NCBI GenBank assembly: GCA_963727625.1 | Contig: CAVSHR010000004.1 | Coordinates: 576,001-640,000, forward strand | Direction: 5' to 3' | Source of the DNA: an uncultured delta proteobacterium | GTDB lineage: Bacteria; Desulfobacterota; Binatia; UBA9968 | Length of the DNA: 64,000 bases | In this document: positions 19,605 through 29,147 of the stretch, in pieces | Position numbering within the stretch: position 1 is the first letter of the stretch | Layout: each line of letters opens with the position of its first letter | Notes under the pieces: model-generated | Seen by the model: only the letters and a program-made list of their open reading frames with translations | What the model was told of the DNA's origin: nothing | The model's database searches: none | Made by a program: the position numbers and the translations under genes

Positions 19605-20165
19605 ATGAAAAAAACATCCGCAGCGCCGACGATTGCGGGTAAATCGCCATGCAGCCTAAGACGCATTTATAACTTAACAGCCCTGAGCGCCTGCTTTATC
19701 GTCATGGGCTGTACGACCGGAGAGTTCGGGATCCGATCTAATTCTACACGAGGCCCCATCGTACAGACACCCACGAATTTCAAAACCGCGCTAAAACAGA
19801 ACCAAGCGGCTCTGGCCGAGCGAAACGGCGAGCAGGACCTGGCCCTGTATAATATTGGCATCATTTTGGCCCATCCGTCGAACCCAAAGAGGGAGCCAAT
19901 AAAGGCACTCCGGTCGTTCAAGGCCTTGGTTTCGGAATATCCGCGCAGCACATACGCCGAACAAGCAAAAACTTGGATTCAGGTTCTCGAACAACAGCAG
20001 AAAGTCGCGGACGAAAGGCAGAAACTCGCGAAAGAAAAACGCACCTTGAATCGAGAGAGAGAAATGCTTCTGCAAGAGCGACAGAAACTTAACTATGCCG
20101 TTGAAAAATCCGAGCAGCTCGATATGGAAATCGAGAAAAGGAGACGGCAGTCGTTAAGTCGATAA
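19605..20165 (+). CDS. Lipoprotein with TPR-like helix pair and coiled coil (QseG/YfhG-like)
   Basis: Lipobox-like IVMG-C; ALYNIGIILAHPSNP...AL..F..LV.EYP.S.YAEQAK.W; coiled tail ending LDMEIEKRRR. Confidence 0.65.
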   Translation: MKKTSAAPTIAGKSPCSLRRIYNLTALSACFIVMGCTTGEFGIRSNSTRGPIVQTPTNFKTALKQNQAALAERNGEQDLALYNIGIILAHPSNPKREPIKALRSFKALVSEYPRSTYAEQAKTWIQVLEQQQKVADERQKLAKEKRTLNREREMLLQERQKLNYAVEKSEQLDMEIEKRRRQSLSR

Positions 20166-20237
20166 TTTGGCAGAGCGTCGTAAGCGTACGTCCTTACTGA
20201 TCGGTTCGACTCGCCCGCGATAATTCAGTCTTTATTC

Positions 20238-20279
20238 GATGGGTGGAGTGCTGAATTTTACTTTCACACTCCACCCATC
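20238..20279. terminator. 13-bp perfect hairpin between convergent genes
   Basis: GATGGGTGGAGTG...CACTCCACCCATC. Confidence 0.5.
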
Positions 20280-20361
20280 CTGAATCTCCCGCCATACTGC
20301 CGCACCAAAATGTTAGAAGAAAAACGTGATCTTCCTTCTTAAATGGTTCTTCCGGCGGAAT

Positions 20362-22161
20362 TTACCGCGGCTGCGTGATCACATCGACCACCGCCGGTTT
20401 GCCGCTCTCGACGATGGCGATCGCTTTATCGAGCGTCGGTCCGAGCTGATCCGGCTCGGTGATCGGGCCGAAGGCGTCGACGTGGAGCGCCCGCGAGATC
20501 GCCGCCAGGTCCGGCGCCGGCTCCTCGATGCGGATGCCGATACCCTTTCTTTCGATCGGCCGCTGGCGCGCCCGCGCCATGCGTTCCTGGTGCTCTTCGT
20601 CGTTGTAGTAGGAACGGTTGTTGAGCACCACGACCAGCAGCGGGATCTGATACTTGGCCGCGGTCCATAGCGAATTAGACGTCATCAGGAAATCGCCATC
20701 GCCGAGGATGCTCACGCACAGACGGCCGCTGTCCTTGAAGCCCAATGCGGAGCCGATGGACGAAGGCAGGCCGTAGCCGACGCCCCCGCCGCGACCGCCG
20801 CCCATGCCGTGGGCCGGCTCGGTGACTTCGATGACTTCGCGCCAGCGCCGCCCATGCGACGACACCAACGCCCACGCCTTCCCTTCCACCCGTTTATTGA
20901 TCTCGCTAAAGAAGCGCGCCTGGGAGATCGGTTTTTCGTCCCAGGTTTTTTTGACCCAATCCTCGCTTTTCTTCCGTGTCTCGCGATGAATCGCCTCGAC
21001 TTTGGCGCGCCGCTCCTGAACCTGCTTGGCGGAATCCTTATCGGCGCTCAAACGCTCGCGCACCTGTTCGAGCAACTGCGGCAGCGCCACCGCGGTGTCC
21101 GCCGCCATCGGCACATGCACCGGCAAGAGCCACATGTTGTCGCTCACCCAGCTCTGCCGCTCGAGATCGAGTAAGGTGATGTGAATGACTTTACAGCTCG
21201 GCGCAATGATCGGCGCGAAGTTGCCGCGCTCGCGCACCGACGGCCCGAGCGGCACGCCCAAGCTGGGAACGTCGAGGGCCAGCACGACATCGGCCCCCCG
21301 CAGCGCTTCTTCGCGTGCGTTGGTAAGATTGAGCGGATGGGTGCTCGGAAACGCGAAGCGCCCGTCGGAATCCACCACCGGCGCACCGAGAGCCTCGGAC
21401 AGATCCAACATCGGCGGCAAGGACTTCGGATTGCGCCCCAGCTCGCCGGCGACGATCACCGGCCACTGCGCCTCCGCCAGCAAGCGCGCCGCATTGCGTA
21501 GCGACTCGGGATTGGCTCCCGGCCCCGGAGGCGGGCGGAAGAATTGCGCGTGCGGCACGATCATCGGCTTGTCGATCTTGGCTTCCTGCACGTCCGAATC
21601 TAGGCAAATGTAAACCGGCCCTTTGGGCTCGGTCATGGCGATCCGGTAGGCTTTCAAGAAAGACTCCGCCACCGCGTCGATTGTGTTCGGCTGGTCGTCG
21701 AATTTCACATACTCGCGCACCGCCAAACCCTGCACGTTCGCCGTGTGCACCCAGTCGGTGGAGCGACGGTTGGTGGTGTCCTGGGGCCCGCCGCCGCCGA
21801 GATTGAGGATCGGCGTGCGATCGCACCAGGCGTTGAAGATCGCCATGCTGGCGTGCTGCAAGCCGACGATGTTGTGCAGACCGGTGGCCATGATTTCGCC
21901 GGTGGCGCGCGCGTAGCCGTTGGCGATCGCCACGGCGATCTCCTCATGGGTGCACATGATCATCTGCGGCCCTTTTTCGGATTCGAAGTTCACCAGCGAA
22001 TCGTGGAAGCCGCGATAACTGGCGCCGGGATTGAGCGCGATATACTTGATGCCCAACTCGCGCAGCACCTCGGCCATCAGGTCGGAGCCGTACTGCGCGT
22101 TGCTCTTGCGCCCGATCCCCGCCGCCCAGACTTCTGCTCCGCCTTTAGGTGTTTCTGCCAT
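20362..22161 (-). CDS. Thiamine pyrophosphate-dependent enzyme (benzoylformate decarboxylase/ALS-like family)
   Basis: LNPGAS, HEEIAVAIANGYARATG, GDGDFLM...LNNRSY TPP-binding motif. Confidence 0.9.
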   Translation of the reverse strand: MAETPKGGAEVWAAGIGRKSNAQYGSDLMAEVLRELGIKYIALNPGASYRGFHDSLVNFESEKGPQMIMCTHEEIAVAIANGYARATGEIMATGLHNIVGLQHASMAIFNAWCDRTPILNLGGGGPQDTTNRRSTDWVHTANVQGLAVREYVKFDDQPNTIDAVAESFLKAYRIAMTEPKGPVYICLDSDVQEAKIDKPMIVPHAQFFRPPPGPGANPESLRNAARLLAEAQWPVIVAGELGRNPKSLPPMLDLSEALGAPVVDSDGRFAFPSTHPLNLTNAREEALRGADVVLALDVPSLGVPLGPSVRERGNFAPIIAPSCKVIHITLLDLERQSWVSDNMWLLPVHVPMAADTAVALPQLLEQVRERLSADKDSAKQVQERRAKVEAIHRETRKKSEDWVKKTWDEKPISQARFFSEINKRVEGKAWALVSSHGRRWREVIEVTEPAHGMGGGRGGGVGYGLPSSIGSALGFKDSGRLCVSILGDGDFLMTSNSLWTAAKYQIPLLVVVLNNRSYYNDEEHQERMARARQRPIERKGIGIRIEEPAPDLAAISRALHVDAFGPITEPDQLGPTLDKAIAIVESGKPAVVDVITQPR

Positions 22162-22217
22162 ATTTCCTCCCTCGCTGAAATTTCGAATTTATTAATGTCT
22201 TCAACCGGAAATTCCTC

Positions 22218-22374
22218 CCGCCAAGGCGCAAATTCGCCAAGTTTAGAGGGAAACAATGAGAACTCTTACAAATGATTATCATTCCTAATCTCTGATCTTT
22301 GCGGCCTTTGCGTCTTTGCGGGAGATATTCCGAGATTCGGTCGCGGCTTCGCCGCGCTGTGTCCTTCGTGGTGA
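22218..22374. repeat. REP-like intergenic palindromic element
   Basis: CCGCCAAGGCGCAAA...CGCCAAG faces CTTTGCGGCCTTTGCGTCTTTGCGGG; internal GCGCGGC-type hairpin (TCGCGGCTTCGCCGCGCTG). Confidence 0.5.
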
Positions 22375-22387
22375 GTTGTATTTTTCG

Positions 22388-23350
22388 TTAGCGCCCCAAA
22401 CGATCCAACGTCGCCACGTAATCTTTCACGCCGCGCTCGACATCGTAGGCCGGCTCGTAGCCGATGTTTCTCTCCGCCGCGGAAATGTCGAAGACACAGT
22501 AGCTCTGTTTGCTCCGGCCGAGCTTGCTCGGACCGGGGCCGAGCTCGATCTGGTGGTTGGGAAACAGTTTCGCCGCCGCGTTTAGAAAATTTCTCGGCGT
22601 CGAAGCCCGCCCCGTGCCGATATTGAAAGTCCACTCCCGCGGCGTCGGCGCCTTCAAACCGAGATAGACCGATCGGCCCACGTCGCCGACGTAGACAGCG
22701 TCGTTGAGCTGATCGCCACCCTGGGGGATCTGCCACTTCTCACCGCGTCGCGCCCTCTCGATCAACTGTCCGTAAAACGACAGCGGCCCATGGCGCGCTT
22801 CTTTTCCAGGACCGTAGATCGACACGAAGCGCAGCGCGATGAATTCGATGCCGTAGGTCTCGCGATAATAGCGGCCCAGTTCTTCACAGCATACTTTGAT
22901 CGAGCCGTAAAGATCGGCGGGCCGCTTTGGATAATCCTCGCGCACCGGCTTGCAGGTCGGCGGCGCATACTCGCCGGTGATTTCGCCATAGGCGGCCTTC
23001 GAACTCGTAAATACAACCCGCTTGATTTTTTTCGCCCGCGCCACTTCCAGCACGTTGACCGTTCCCTCCGCGCCGACTCTCACGCCGAGTCGCGGATTGG
23101 CCTCCGCCGGCTCGGGCATCAGCGCAGCGAGGTGGGCGATATGCGTCACCTGATGATCGTCGACCGCCTTCCCCAAGGCCGCTTGATCGCAGATATCGCC
23201 GATCACGATATCGACCTGCTCCTTGATATCGCCCATCAAGGTCAGATCCATCCGATTGTCCATCAGCACCGGCCGCAGCCCGTCGTTCACCATCAGACGG
23301 GCGGTCACCGCGCCGTTTACGCCCAGCCCGCCGGTTATCAGCGCCTTCAT
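22388..23350 (-). CDS. NAD-dependent epimerase/dehydratase (extended SDR)
   Basis: ITGGLGVNG, HLAA, TSSKAAYG, YGSIK (YxxxK), LRFVSIYGPG. Confidence 0.9.
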   Translation of the reverse strand: MKALITGGLGVNGAVTARLMVNDGLRPVLMDNRMDLTLMGDIKEQVDIVIGDICDQAALGKAVDDHQVTHIAHLAALMPEPAEANPRLGVRVGAEGTVNVLEVARAKKIKRVVFTSSKAAYGEITGEYAPPTCKPVREDYPKRPADLYGSIKVCCEELGRYYRETYGIEFIALRFVSIYGPGKEARHGPLSFYGQLIERARRGEKWQIPQGGDQLNDAVYVGDVGRSVYLGLKAPTPREWTFNIGTGRASTPRNFLNAAAKLFPNHQIELGPGPSKLGRSKQSYCVFDISAAERNIGYEPAYDVERGVKDYVATLDRLGR

Positions 23351-23424
23351 CTTCGGCTCCTTTTTGCGAACACAAACCTTCTTCTAGCCGGTTTGCCGCG
23401 CCTTTGTCCAGTCCGAATCGCGGT

Positions 23425-23569
23425 GGGTAGTGAATCTTCTTGATCGAGCCACATCGTAACTCACGACAAATTCCACCGAGAGAGATTCTTCGCTCCGCTC
23501 AGAATGACGCTTGCTTGGGTTGCCATCCCGAACGAAGGGAGGAATCTGTTTTGACATGAGTCACTACCC
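23425..23569. mobile_element. MITE/REP-like element with 12-bp terminal inverted repeats
   Basis: GGGTAGTGAATC ... GAGTCACTACCC (11/12 match) enclosing an AGATTCTTCGCTCCGCTCAGAATGAC/GCCATCCCGAACGAAGGGAGGAATCT hairpin. Confidence 0.5.
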
Positions 23570-23698
23570 CTCGGTGAGTTCGCTTCTGGCTTTCCCCTCG
23601 GACCAGGACACCGAGACCTGACACTCAAATCTTCGAGCCCATGTTGACATGGGTTTGCGCGCGCTAGTAAAACGAAACATCAAGCGAGGAGAGTTTAC

Positions 23699-25063
23699 AT
23701 GACCAACGCAAACGATAGCTGGCGCCCGCCGGAGTTTATTTCACGCGAACAGTGCATCAAAGACACCGAAGAAGTTCTCGGCCTGGCCGACATTCCGATC
23801 AAGAGCACGGAAGATATTTTTCGCATCAACACGCTCGGCCTGGATTGGGACCTGGGCATGGTCGTCCACGAGCCGGTGGATTCGAGTAAAATTTCCACCG
23901 GCGCCGACGGCAAGAAGGCCGGATTTTTCCTGCTGCACGGCGGCTCGAGCGATTTCAAAGGCATCGAGCGCCACGCCAAGATGCTCGCGCAGAAATTCGG
24001 CTTTCGCGTCATCGCCGGGACCTTTCCCGGCAGATTTTATTTCCCCGACCCGAGCCACGACTGGCCCGACGACACGATTCACAGCGACGGCACCGTGCGC
24101 ACGCCGATCTGGAAGCAGGGCGAGCTGATCGGGCCGGATCAATACGAAGTCGTGAAAGATCCGTCCAAGCGCAACCGTTACGGCACGCGCACGCTCGCGA
24201 AAGCTAAAACCGAAACTATTTTTTGGTATCGCATGGCCGCCTGGCCTGCGGCGTTCGAAGCGGGCATGATCGAAGCCTGCCGGCGCCACTTCCCGGAAAA
24301 AGAATTTTCCGTCTACGGCCAGGGCCACTCCACCGGAGGCCCGTTCATCTGCATGCTGTCCCAACGCATCCCCAATATGGCCGGCGTCTGCGCCACCGAG
24401 CATTCGCCCTTCGGCTACCTCTGCTGCGAGCGCGATAAATGGGGCGGCGATATGGGCAAGATCAGTGGCTACGAGAAAGTCGAAAAGAAAGGCAAAGGAC
24501 GCACCGATCCGTTCAACGAGCTTTACATCCGCACCTGGCGCGACCTCGCCCGCTATCTCGGGCCGGAATCGCTGGGACAGGAAGGACCGGCGGCGTTGAT
24601 GCGCTTGCCCGCGATCATGGAAGATGTTTTTGAAGCTTGGGAAAAGGCCAAGAGCCGGCCACAGTTCAAGGCTGAATATCTGGTCACCCATGCGATCACC
24701 GGTTCCCTCGCCGAAGGCGCGCGCGTCAGCGCCGCGCGGTTAAAAATGAACAAGGAAGAGACCGAAGCGCTAGTCAAGCAATTCGTCGGCTACACCCGCG
24801 AGCTGTCCGGCACAAACGTCAAACCGGTGCCGCCGTTTCTCTTCGAAATCTCCAAAGACAGCCGCGACCACAGCCCGGAAGTTTACGCCGAGGTGATCCT
24901 GCCCGGCTTCCGTGCCATGAGCCCCGCGCCAAAGATCGGCATCACCCGCTTCGGCGCCGGCGTGCATAGTTTCTGGAAACCGGAAAAAGATCTCCCCGCC
25001 GGCATCGTGCCGTCGGTGATCAAGTCGTGGAAAGAAGCCGTGACCAGCGGATATTTTGTATAG
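23699..25063 (+). CDS. Uncharacterised alpha/beta-hydrolase-fold protein
   Basis: LLHGG oxyanion motif, GHSTGG nucleophile elbow, late D (KDSRD) and H (GVHS); SD GAGGAG. Confidence 0.7.
   Translation: MTNANDSWRPPEFISREQCIKDTEEVLGLADIPIKSTEDIFRINTLGLDWDLGMVVHEPVDSSKISTGADGKKAGFFLLHGGSSDFKGIERHAKMLAQKFGFRVIAGTFPGRFYFPDPSHDWPDDTIHSDGTVRTPIWKQGELIGPDQYEVVKDPSKRNRYGTRTLAKAKTETIFWYRMAAWPAAFEAGMIEACRRHFPEKEFSVYGQGHSTGGPFICMLSQRIPNMAGVCATEHSPFGYLCCERDKWGGDMGKISGYEKVEKKGKGRTDPFNELYIRTWRDLARYLGPESLGQEGPAALMRLPAIMEDVFEAWEKAKSRPQFKAEYLVTHAITGSLAEGARVSAARLKMNKEETEALVKQFVGYTRELSGTNVKPVPPFLFEISKDSRDHSPEVYAEVILPGFRAMSPAPKIGITRFGAGVHSFWKPEKDLPAGIVPSVIKSWKEAVTSGYFV
25012..25031 (+). repeat. Direct repeat copy 1 (inside the 3' end of the hydrolase gene)
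   Basis: GTCGGTGATCAAGTCGTGGA identical to 30661..30680. Confidence 0.85.
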
Positions 25064-25241
25064 CGACGAGGGGCGTGCACGGCATTGCGTCGAAGCGGGA
25101 GTTTTTCACAGGATTGTAGTGATTGTTATGTCAGACACCAAAGCTCAACCCACCAAAGCGCCATGCCAAACGCGTTTTAGGGTCCCCCGGCCGGCCTGAA
25201 AATTTTTGCCCCGAACAATCGAGCGTTGGAGGCAGCCGCCA

Positions 25242-26447
25242 ATGAAACGAAGCACCGAACGCATTCTTACCACCCATGTCGGCAGCATGCCGCGGCCGGC
25301 GGACTTGCGCGCCATGTGGACAAAAATAACCCTCACGGCAGATGACAAACTGGCGCTGCAAACGCGGCTGTGCTCGGCCGTCGGCGAAATCGTGCGCACG
25401 CAGCAAGACATGGGCATCGACATTCCCAACGACGGCGAGTTCGGCAAACCCATGCGCGCGTCCACCGACCGGGGCGCTTGGGGAAACTACATCTTCGACC
25501 GAGTCTCCGGTTTCACGCCGACTTCGGCACGGACCATTGCACCCGATACGGCCAAACCCGGCGCGTCGATGCGCATCGTCGGAGTGCGTTGGGAGCAGCG
25601 CGAGTTCGCCGAATTTTACGCCGACACCGGCTTGGGTGCGCCCAGCACCCCCGCGCTGCGCCCGACCTGCACCGGCCCGATCGCTTACACCGCGCAGCAG
25701 TTTCTGCGCGACCAGCTTGTCAACTTGACGCTCGCCGCCAACGCCGCCGGCGTCGAAGAGGCCTTCGTCAGCGCCATCGCGCCCGGCAGCCTGGAAATGT
25801 TCTGCCGCGATCAGAATAGTTACTACCCGACCACCGAGAAATTCTTGGAAGCGATTGCCGACGCGATGCGCGAAGAGTATCGCGCCATCGTCGACGCCGG
25901 CTTCATCCTACAGCTCGACGACCCCGGTCTCCCCGGCGCCTGGGACATGCTCGATCCCCAGCCAAGCGTCGAGGAGTACCGGCGCTACGCGTCGCAGCGG
26001 GTTGACATTCTGAATCACGCCCTCGAAGGCATCCCGGTCGATCGCGTGCGCTATCACATCTGCTGGGGTAGCTGGCATGGTCCGCACACCACCGATTTTC
26101 CGCTGCGCGACTTTGTCGACGTCATGCTCCGCGTCAACGCCCAAGCGTACTTGGTCGAAGCCGGCAACGTCCGCCACGAACATGAATTCAAAGTCTGGCG
26201 CGACGTGAAACTCCCGGGCGGAAAAATCCTCATCCCCGGCGTCGTCAGCCACTCCACCGATCTCGTCGAGCATCCGGAACTGGTAGCCGATCGCATCATC
26301 ACGTTCGCTGAAATCGTCGGCCAAGAAAACGTCATCGCCGGCACCGACTGCGGCCTAGGCGGCCGAGTCCATCCGCAAATCGCCTGGGCCAAGCTCCGCG
26401 CCCTGCGCGACGGCGCGGCGATCGCGAGCAAGAAGTTGTGGAGTTGA
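25242..26447 (+). CDS. Single-barrel cobalamin-independent methionine synthase II family protein (MetE-C/epoxyalkane:CoM transferase-like)
   Basis: TTHVGSMPRP, NDGEF, QLDDP, Zn ligands YHICWG, E and GTDCG. Confidence 0.88.
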   Translation: MKRSTERILTTHVGSMPRPADLRAMWTKITLTADDKLALQTRLCSAVGEIVRTQQDMGIDIPNDGEFGKPMRASTDRGAWGNYIFDRVSGFTPTSARTIAPDTAKPGASMRIVGVRWEQREFAEFYADTGLGAPSTPALRPTCTGPIAYTAQQFLRDQLVNLTLAANAAGVEEAFVSAIAPGSLEMFCRDQNSYYPTTEKFLEAIADAMREEYRAIVDAGFILQLDDPGLPGAWDMLDPQPSVEEYRRYASQRVDILNHALEGIPVDRVRYHICWGSWHGPHTTDFPLRDFVDVMLRVNAQAYLVEAGNVRHEHEFKVWRDVKLPGGKILIPGVVSHSTDLVEHPELVADRIITFAEIVGQENVIAGTDCGLGGRVHPQIAWAKLRALRDGAAIASKKLWS

Positions 26448-26774
26448 ATTCAAAAGTGCCTGTGCGGAATGAACGAAACAAAAAGCAAAAAAGTCTAGAA
26501 GTAAATTTTGTCCCTTGATTTCCTCCAAACCGCAATCTCACTCTCAGAAACTAGAAACGTCAAGAATTCAGACTTGGCCCCAAAGCTTTCCCGGAGTCAT
26601 CACGGGTGACATGGCTATCCGCCTCGGGTGGTTTTGATAGGGAAAGGAATTAATAACTTGCGTAAGCGACGAACTTCAAAAGTAAAAATTTGACTCTCGT
26701 TGCGACCCTGCGCTCAACGGAGCCGAGATGACAAGCACTGAACTCCATCGCCATACCCGCGCTGGGAGCCCGGA

Positions 26775-28073
26775 GTGATCGGTCTCTATACGACTGACGA
26801 ATCAGGGAGGCGCCGGATTTTTTTCGGCTGGTATATGGTCGCTGCGAGTGTCGTGGCGAACACGATCTTCTCCGCGGCCTTTTTCCAGGGTTTCGGGGTT
26901 CTCATTATTCCGATAGAACGCACCTTCGGCTGGGATCGATGGGTGATTTCAGCCGCTATGTCGCTGCGTCAGTTGCAGTCCGGCATCGTCAGTCCCACTG
27001 TCGGGTTTCTGCTGGACCGCTTCAGCGCGCGAAAATTGATTTTCTGGAGCGCCGTTATTTCGGGTGCCGGCTTCATCGGCCTTGGCTTTACCACCGGCCT
27101 ACTTACTTTTTTTCTTTTCTTCGTCATCATTTGTCTGGGAGCATCGGGCGTCAGTCACGCGGTCACCTGGCCCGTGATCATCTCGCGATGGTTTCGCCGT
27201 AACCGCGGCCTGGCCATCGGACTCGCCGTCATGGGTCCTATCTTCGGGACGCCGCTGGTCATCCTGAACACTCAGATCGAGCAGGCGCACGGCTGGCGCG
27301 TAGTTCTGATCGCCTACGGCGCCATCGTTTTGATCGGGATTACGCTGCTCAGCATGCTGGTCCGCGACCGGCCGGAGCCCTACGGTTTGCGGCCCGATGG
27401 CGATCCGCCGCAGGAAAACAGCGCGATCGAACATTCCGCAGGCCCAGCGCCGCGGCGCGCGGATGCCGGGCTGACGCTCCGCGCGGTGCTCCGCACCAAG
27501 GATTTCTGGCTTTTCGCGGGCTATTTGTCCGGAACTTTTACCATCAACTCGGCGATCCAAGTGCACATGATTCCTTACTTCGAACAAGACGTCGGACTGA
27601 CTGCGGCTTGGGCGGCGGTGGTTATGTCGATCGTCTATCTCACGAGCGGCGTCGGGCGCATCGGCGGGGGTTATCTGCTCGACCGAATCGATTATCGGTA
27701 CGTTTTGGCGGTCGTCGCCGCAATGATGGGCTTTGCGCTGCTCTACCTTCAGGTGGCAACCGTCAAATCGCTCTGGGCCACCTTGCCGTTCGCGCTGATG
27801 TTCGGCATCAGCCTCGGCGTCCTTGTTCCTATGCGCGGCGCTGTCGGAGCCATTATGTTCGGGACCCGAGCCATTGGAGGAGTCTTGGGTCTATTGCAGG
27901 GCGGGTCCATAGCTGCGGGAGTCGTAGGGCCTTTAGTCATGGGCGTGATATTCGACCTGAACGGCAACTACTCCGCTGCCATATGGGGACTCATTGTTGT
28001 CGGCGCTTTGATGGTGCCACTCTCCTTAGCCATGTCTTCGCCCGCCGAATTGGCGAACCGCATAGAGCGGTAG
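26775..28073 (+). CDS. MFS transporter (OFA/MCT-like)
   Basis: About 12 TM segments; IFFGWY, GFLLDRF, WFRRNRGLA, GYLLDRI. Confidence 0.88.
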   Translation: MIGLYTTDESGRRRIFFGWYMVAASVVANTIFSAAFFQGFGVLIIPIERTFGWDRWVISAAMSLRQLQSGIVSPTVGFLLDRFSARKLIFWSAVISGAGFIGLGFTTGLLTFFLFFVIICLGASGVSHAVTWPVIISRWFRRNRGLAIGLAVMGPIFGTPLVILNTQIEQAHGWRVVLIAYGAIVLIGITLLSMLVRDRPEPYGLRPDGDPPQENSAIEHSAGPAPRRADAGLTLRAVLRTKDFWLFAGYLSGTFTINSAIQVHMIPYFEQDVGLTAAWAAVVMSIVYLTSGVGRIGGGYLLDRIDYRYVLAVVAAMMGFALLYLQVATVKSLWATLPFALMFGISLGVLVPMRGAVGAIMFGTRAIGGVLGLLQGGSIAAGVVGPLVMGVIFDLNGNYSAAIWGLIVVGALMVPLSLAMSSPAELANRIER

Positions 28074-28269
28074 CGGTTCTGATGAGTGTAACCCGGCATC
28101 GTGTTAACGGCATGGTGTCCGGTTGCCGAGAAGTGAAAGTCTTAAGCCGCGCTTAGCTGAAGCACCTGGAGCAACGTCAAAGGTAAAGATTGGGTAATCA
28201 TCTAGCCGGCCAACGTTTCTCGACTATTTATTGGCACGATTACACATTTACCGCTGTCAGTCTTGCGTA

Positions 28270-28490
28270 TCACGCCAGCACGCTCCTGTTGTCTTCGATG
28301 CCCTTTCTCACCCTCGCCGGCAGCGCCTTCTCAGCGTTGCGGAGGTGGTAGGTCATTTGCAGGTTCATCCAGACTTCCGTCGACGTTTTGAAGAACGTTC
28401 CCAGCCGGATCGCCGTATCCCCTGTGATGCCCATTTCACCTTTCATGATTGCCTGCTTATCGACTTGCCTGAGACGCCGATTGCTCGCCT
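28270..28490 (-). pseudogene. higA: Frameshifted, truncated HigA-family antitoxin remnant
   Basis: Minus strand reads RAIGVSGKSIS, then shifts frame to AIMKGEMGITGDTAIRLGTFFKTSTEVWMNLQMTYHL; N-terminus missing. Confidence 0.65.
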
Positions 28491-28579
28491 TTTGGCCCCA
28501 GCCTTAGGGCCATCGAATGCGCCGCGCCCTTGCTTAGGCCCCGAATGCTCGGTCTTCCTTGCGTTATAAGCCGTAGGAG

Positions 28580-28867
28580 TTAACTCGCATTCCGCTCTTC
28601 GGCGATCTTTTCCGCCAAGTAAACTTTGATGAGCGACTGATAGGGAATATCCTTTTTATTGGCCAGGACCTTGAGTTGATTGAGCATCTCGCGAGGCAAT
28701 CGAAGCGAAATAGATTTCACCGGAGCTTCGATGCCACGGTCAAATTCAATTTCGACCCGGCTCGACTTGGAAAAATCGAAGTATTCCGTGGTGTCATGCG
28801 TGCTCCAAAATTCCCGCTCGTCCTGCTCGTTTCTGAACTTCGGCACCGGCTTAATTGTCTTTTTCAT
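28580..28867 (-). CDS. brnA: BrnA/CopG-type antitoxin
   Basis: PKF.NE..EREFW.THD, KSISLRLP, K.IPYQSLIK RHH motif. Confidence 0.88.
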   Translation of the reverse strand: MKKTIKPVPKFRNEQDEREFWSTHDTTEYFDFSKSSRVEIEFDRGIEAPVKSISLRLPREMLNQLKVLANKKDIPYQSLIKVYLAEKIAEERNAS

Positions 28868-29147
28868 ACACTTTCCTCTCGTTTCTGCTCATCGGGCGCG
28901 CGCTGATCACGCGTATCCGGTTCGCACGAACGGTAAACACTACGGTCAAAAGCCGACTGCCGTAGGTCTTCCCCAGCCCAACGTACCGAATCTCCTTTCC
29001 CCCCTTTGAGCTCCGGGTCACAACTAGCGGCTTGTTAAAAAAAATTTCCTCCGACTCACGGTCCGTCACACCGTGCTTTGCTTCGTTTTTGGCGGAGTTT
29101 CCTTCATCCCACTCAAAGCCCTTGATTCCCCGCAACACCTCGGACAT
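28851..29147 (-). CDS. brnT: BrnT family toxin (ribonuclease)
   Basis: FEWDEGN..KN..KHGV, RY..LG.T, VVFTVR..RIRVISARPM; overlaps the antitoxin start. Confidence 0.9.
   Translation of the reverse strand: MSEVLRGIKGFEWDEGNSAKNEAKHGVTDRESEEIFFNKPLVVTRSSKGGKEIRYVGLGKTYGSRLLTVVFTVRANRIRVISARPMSRNERKVYEKDN

Noticed and set aside
26500-26630. AATTCAGACTTGGCCCC and nearby motifs resembling REP/Y1-transposase-associated ends
   Set aside because: Single degenerate copy with no transposase; too weak to call
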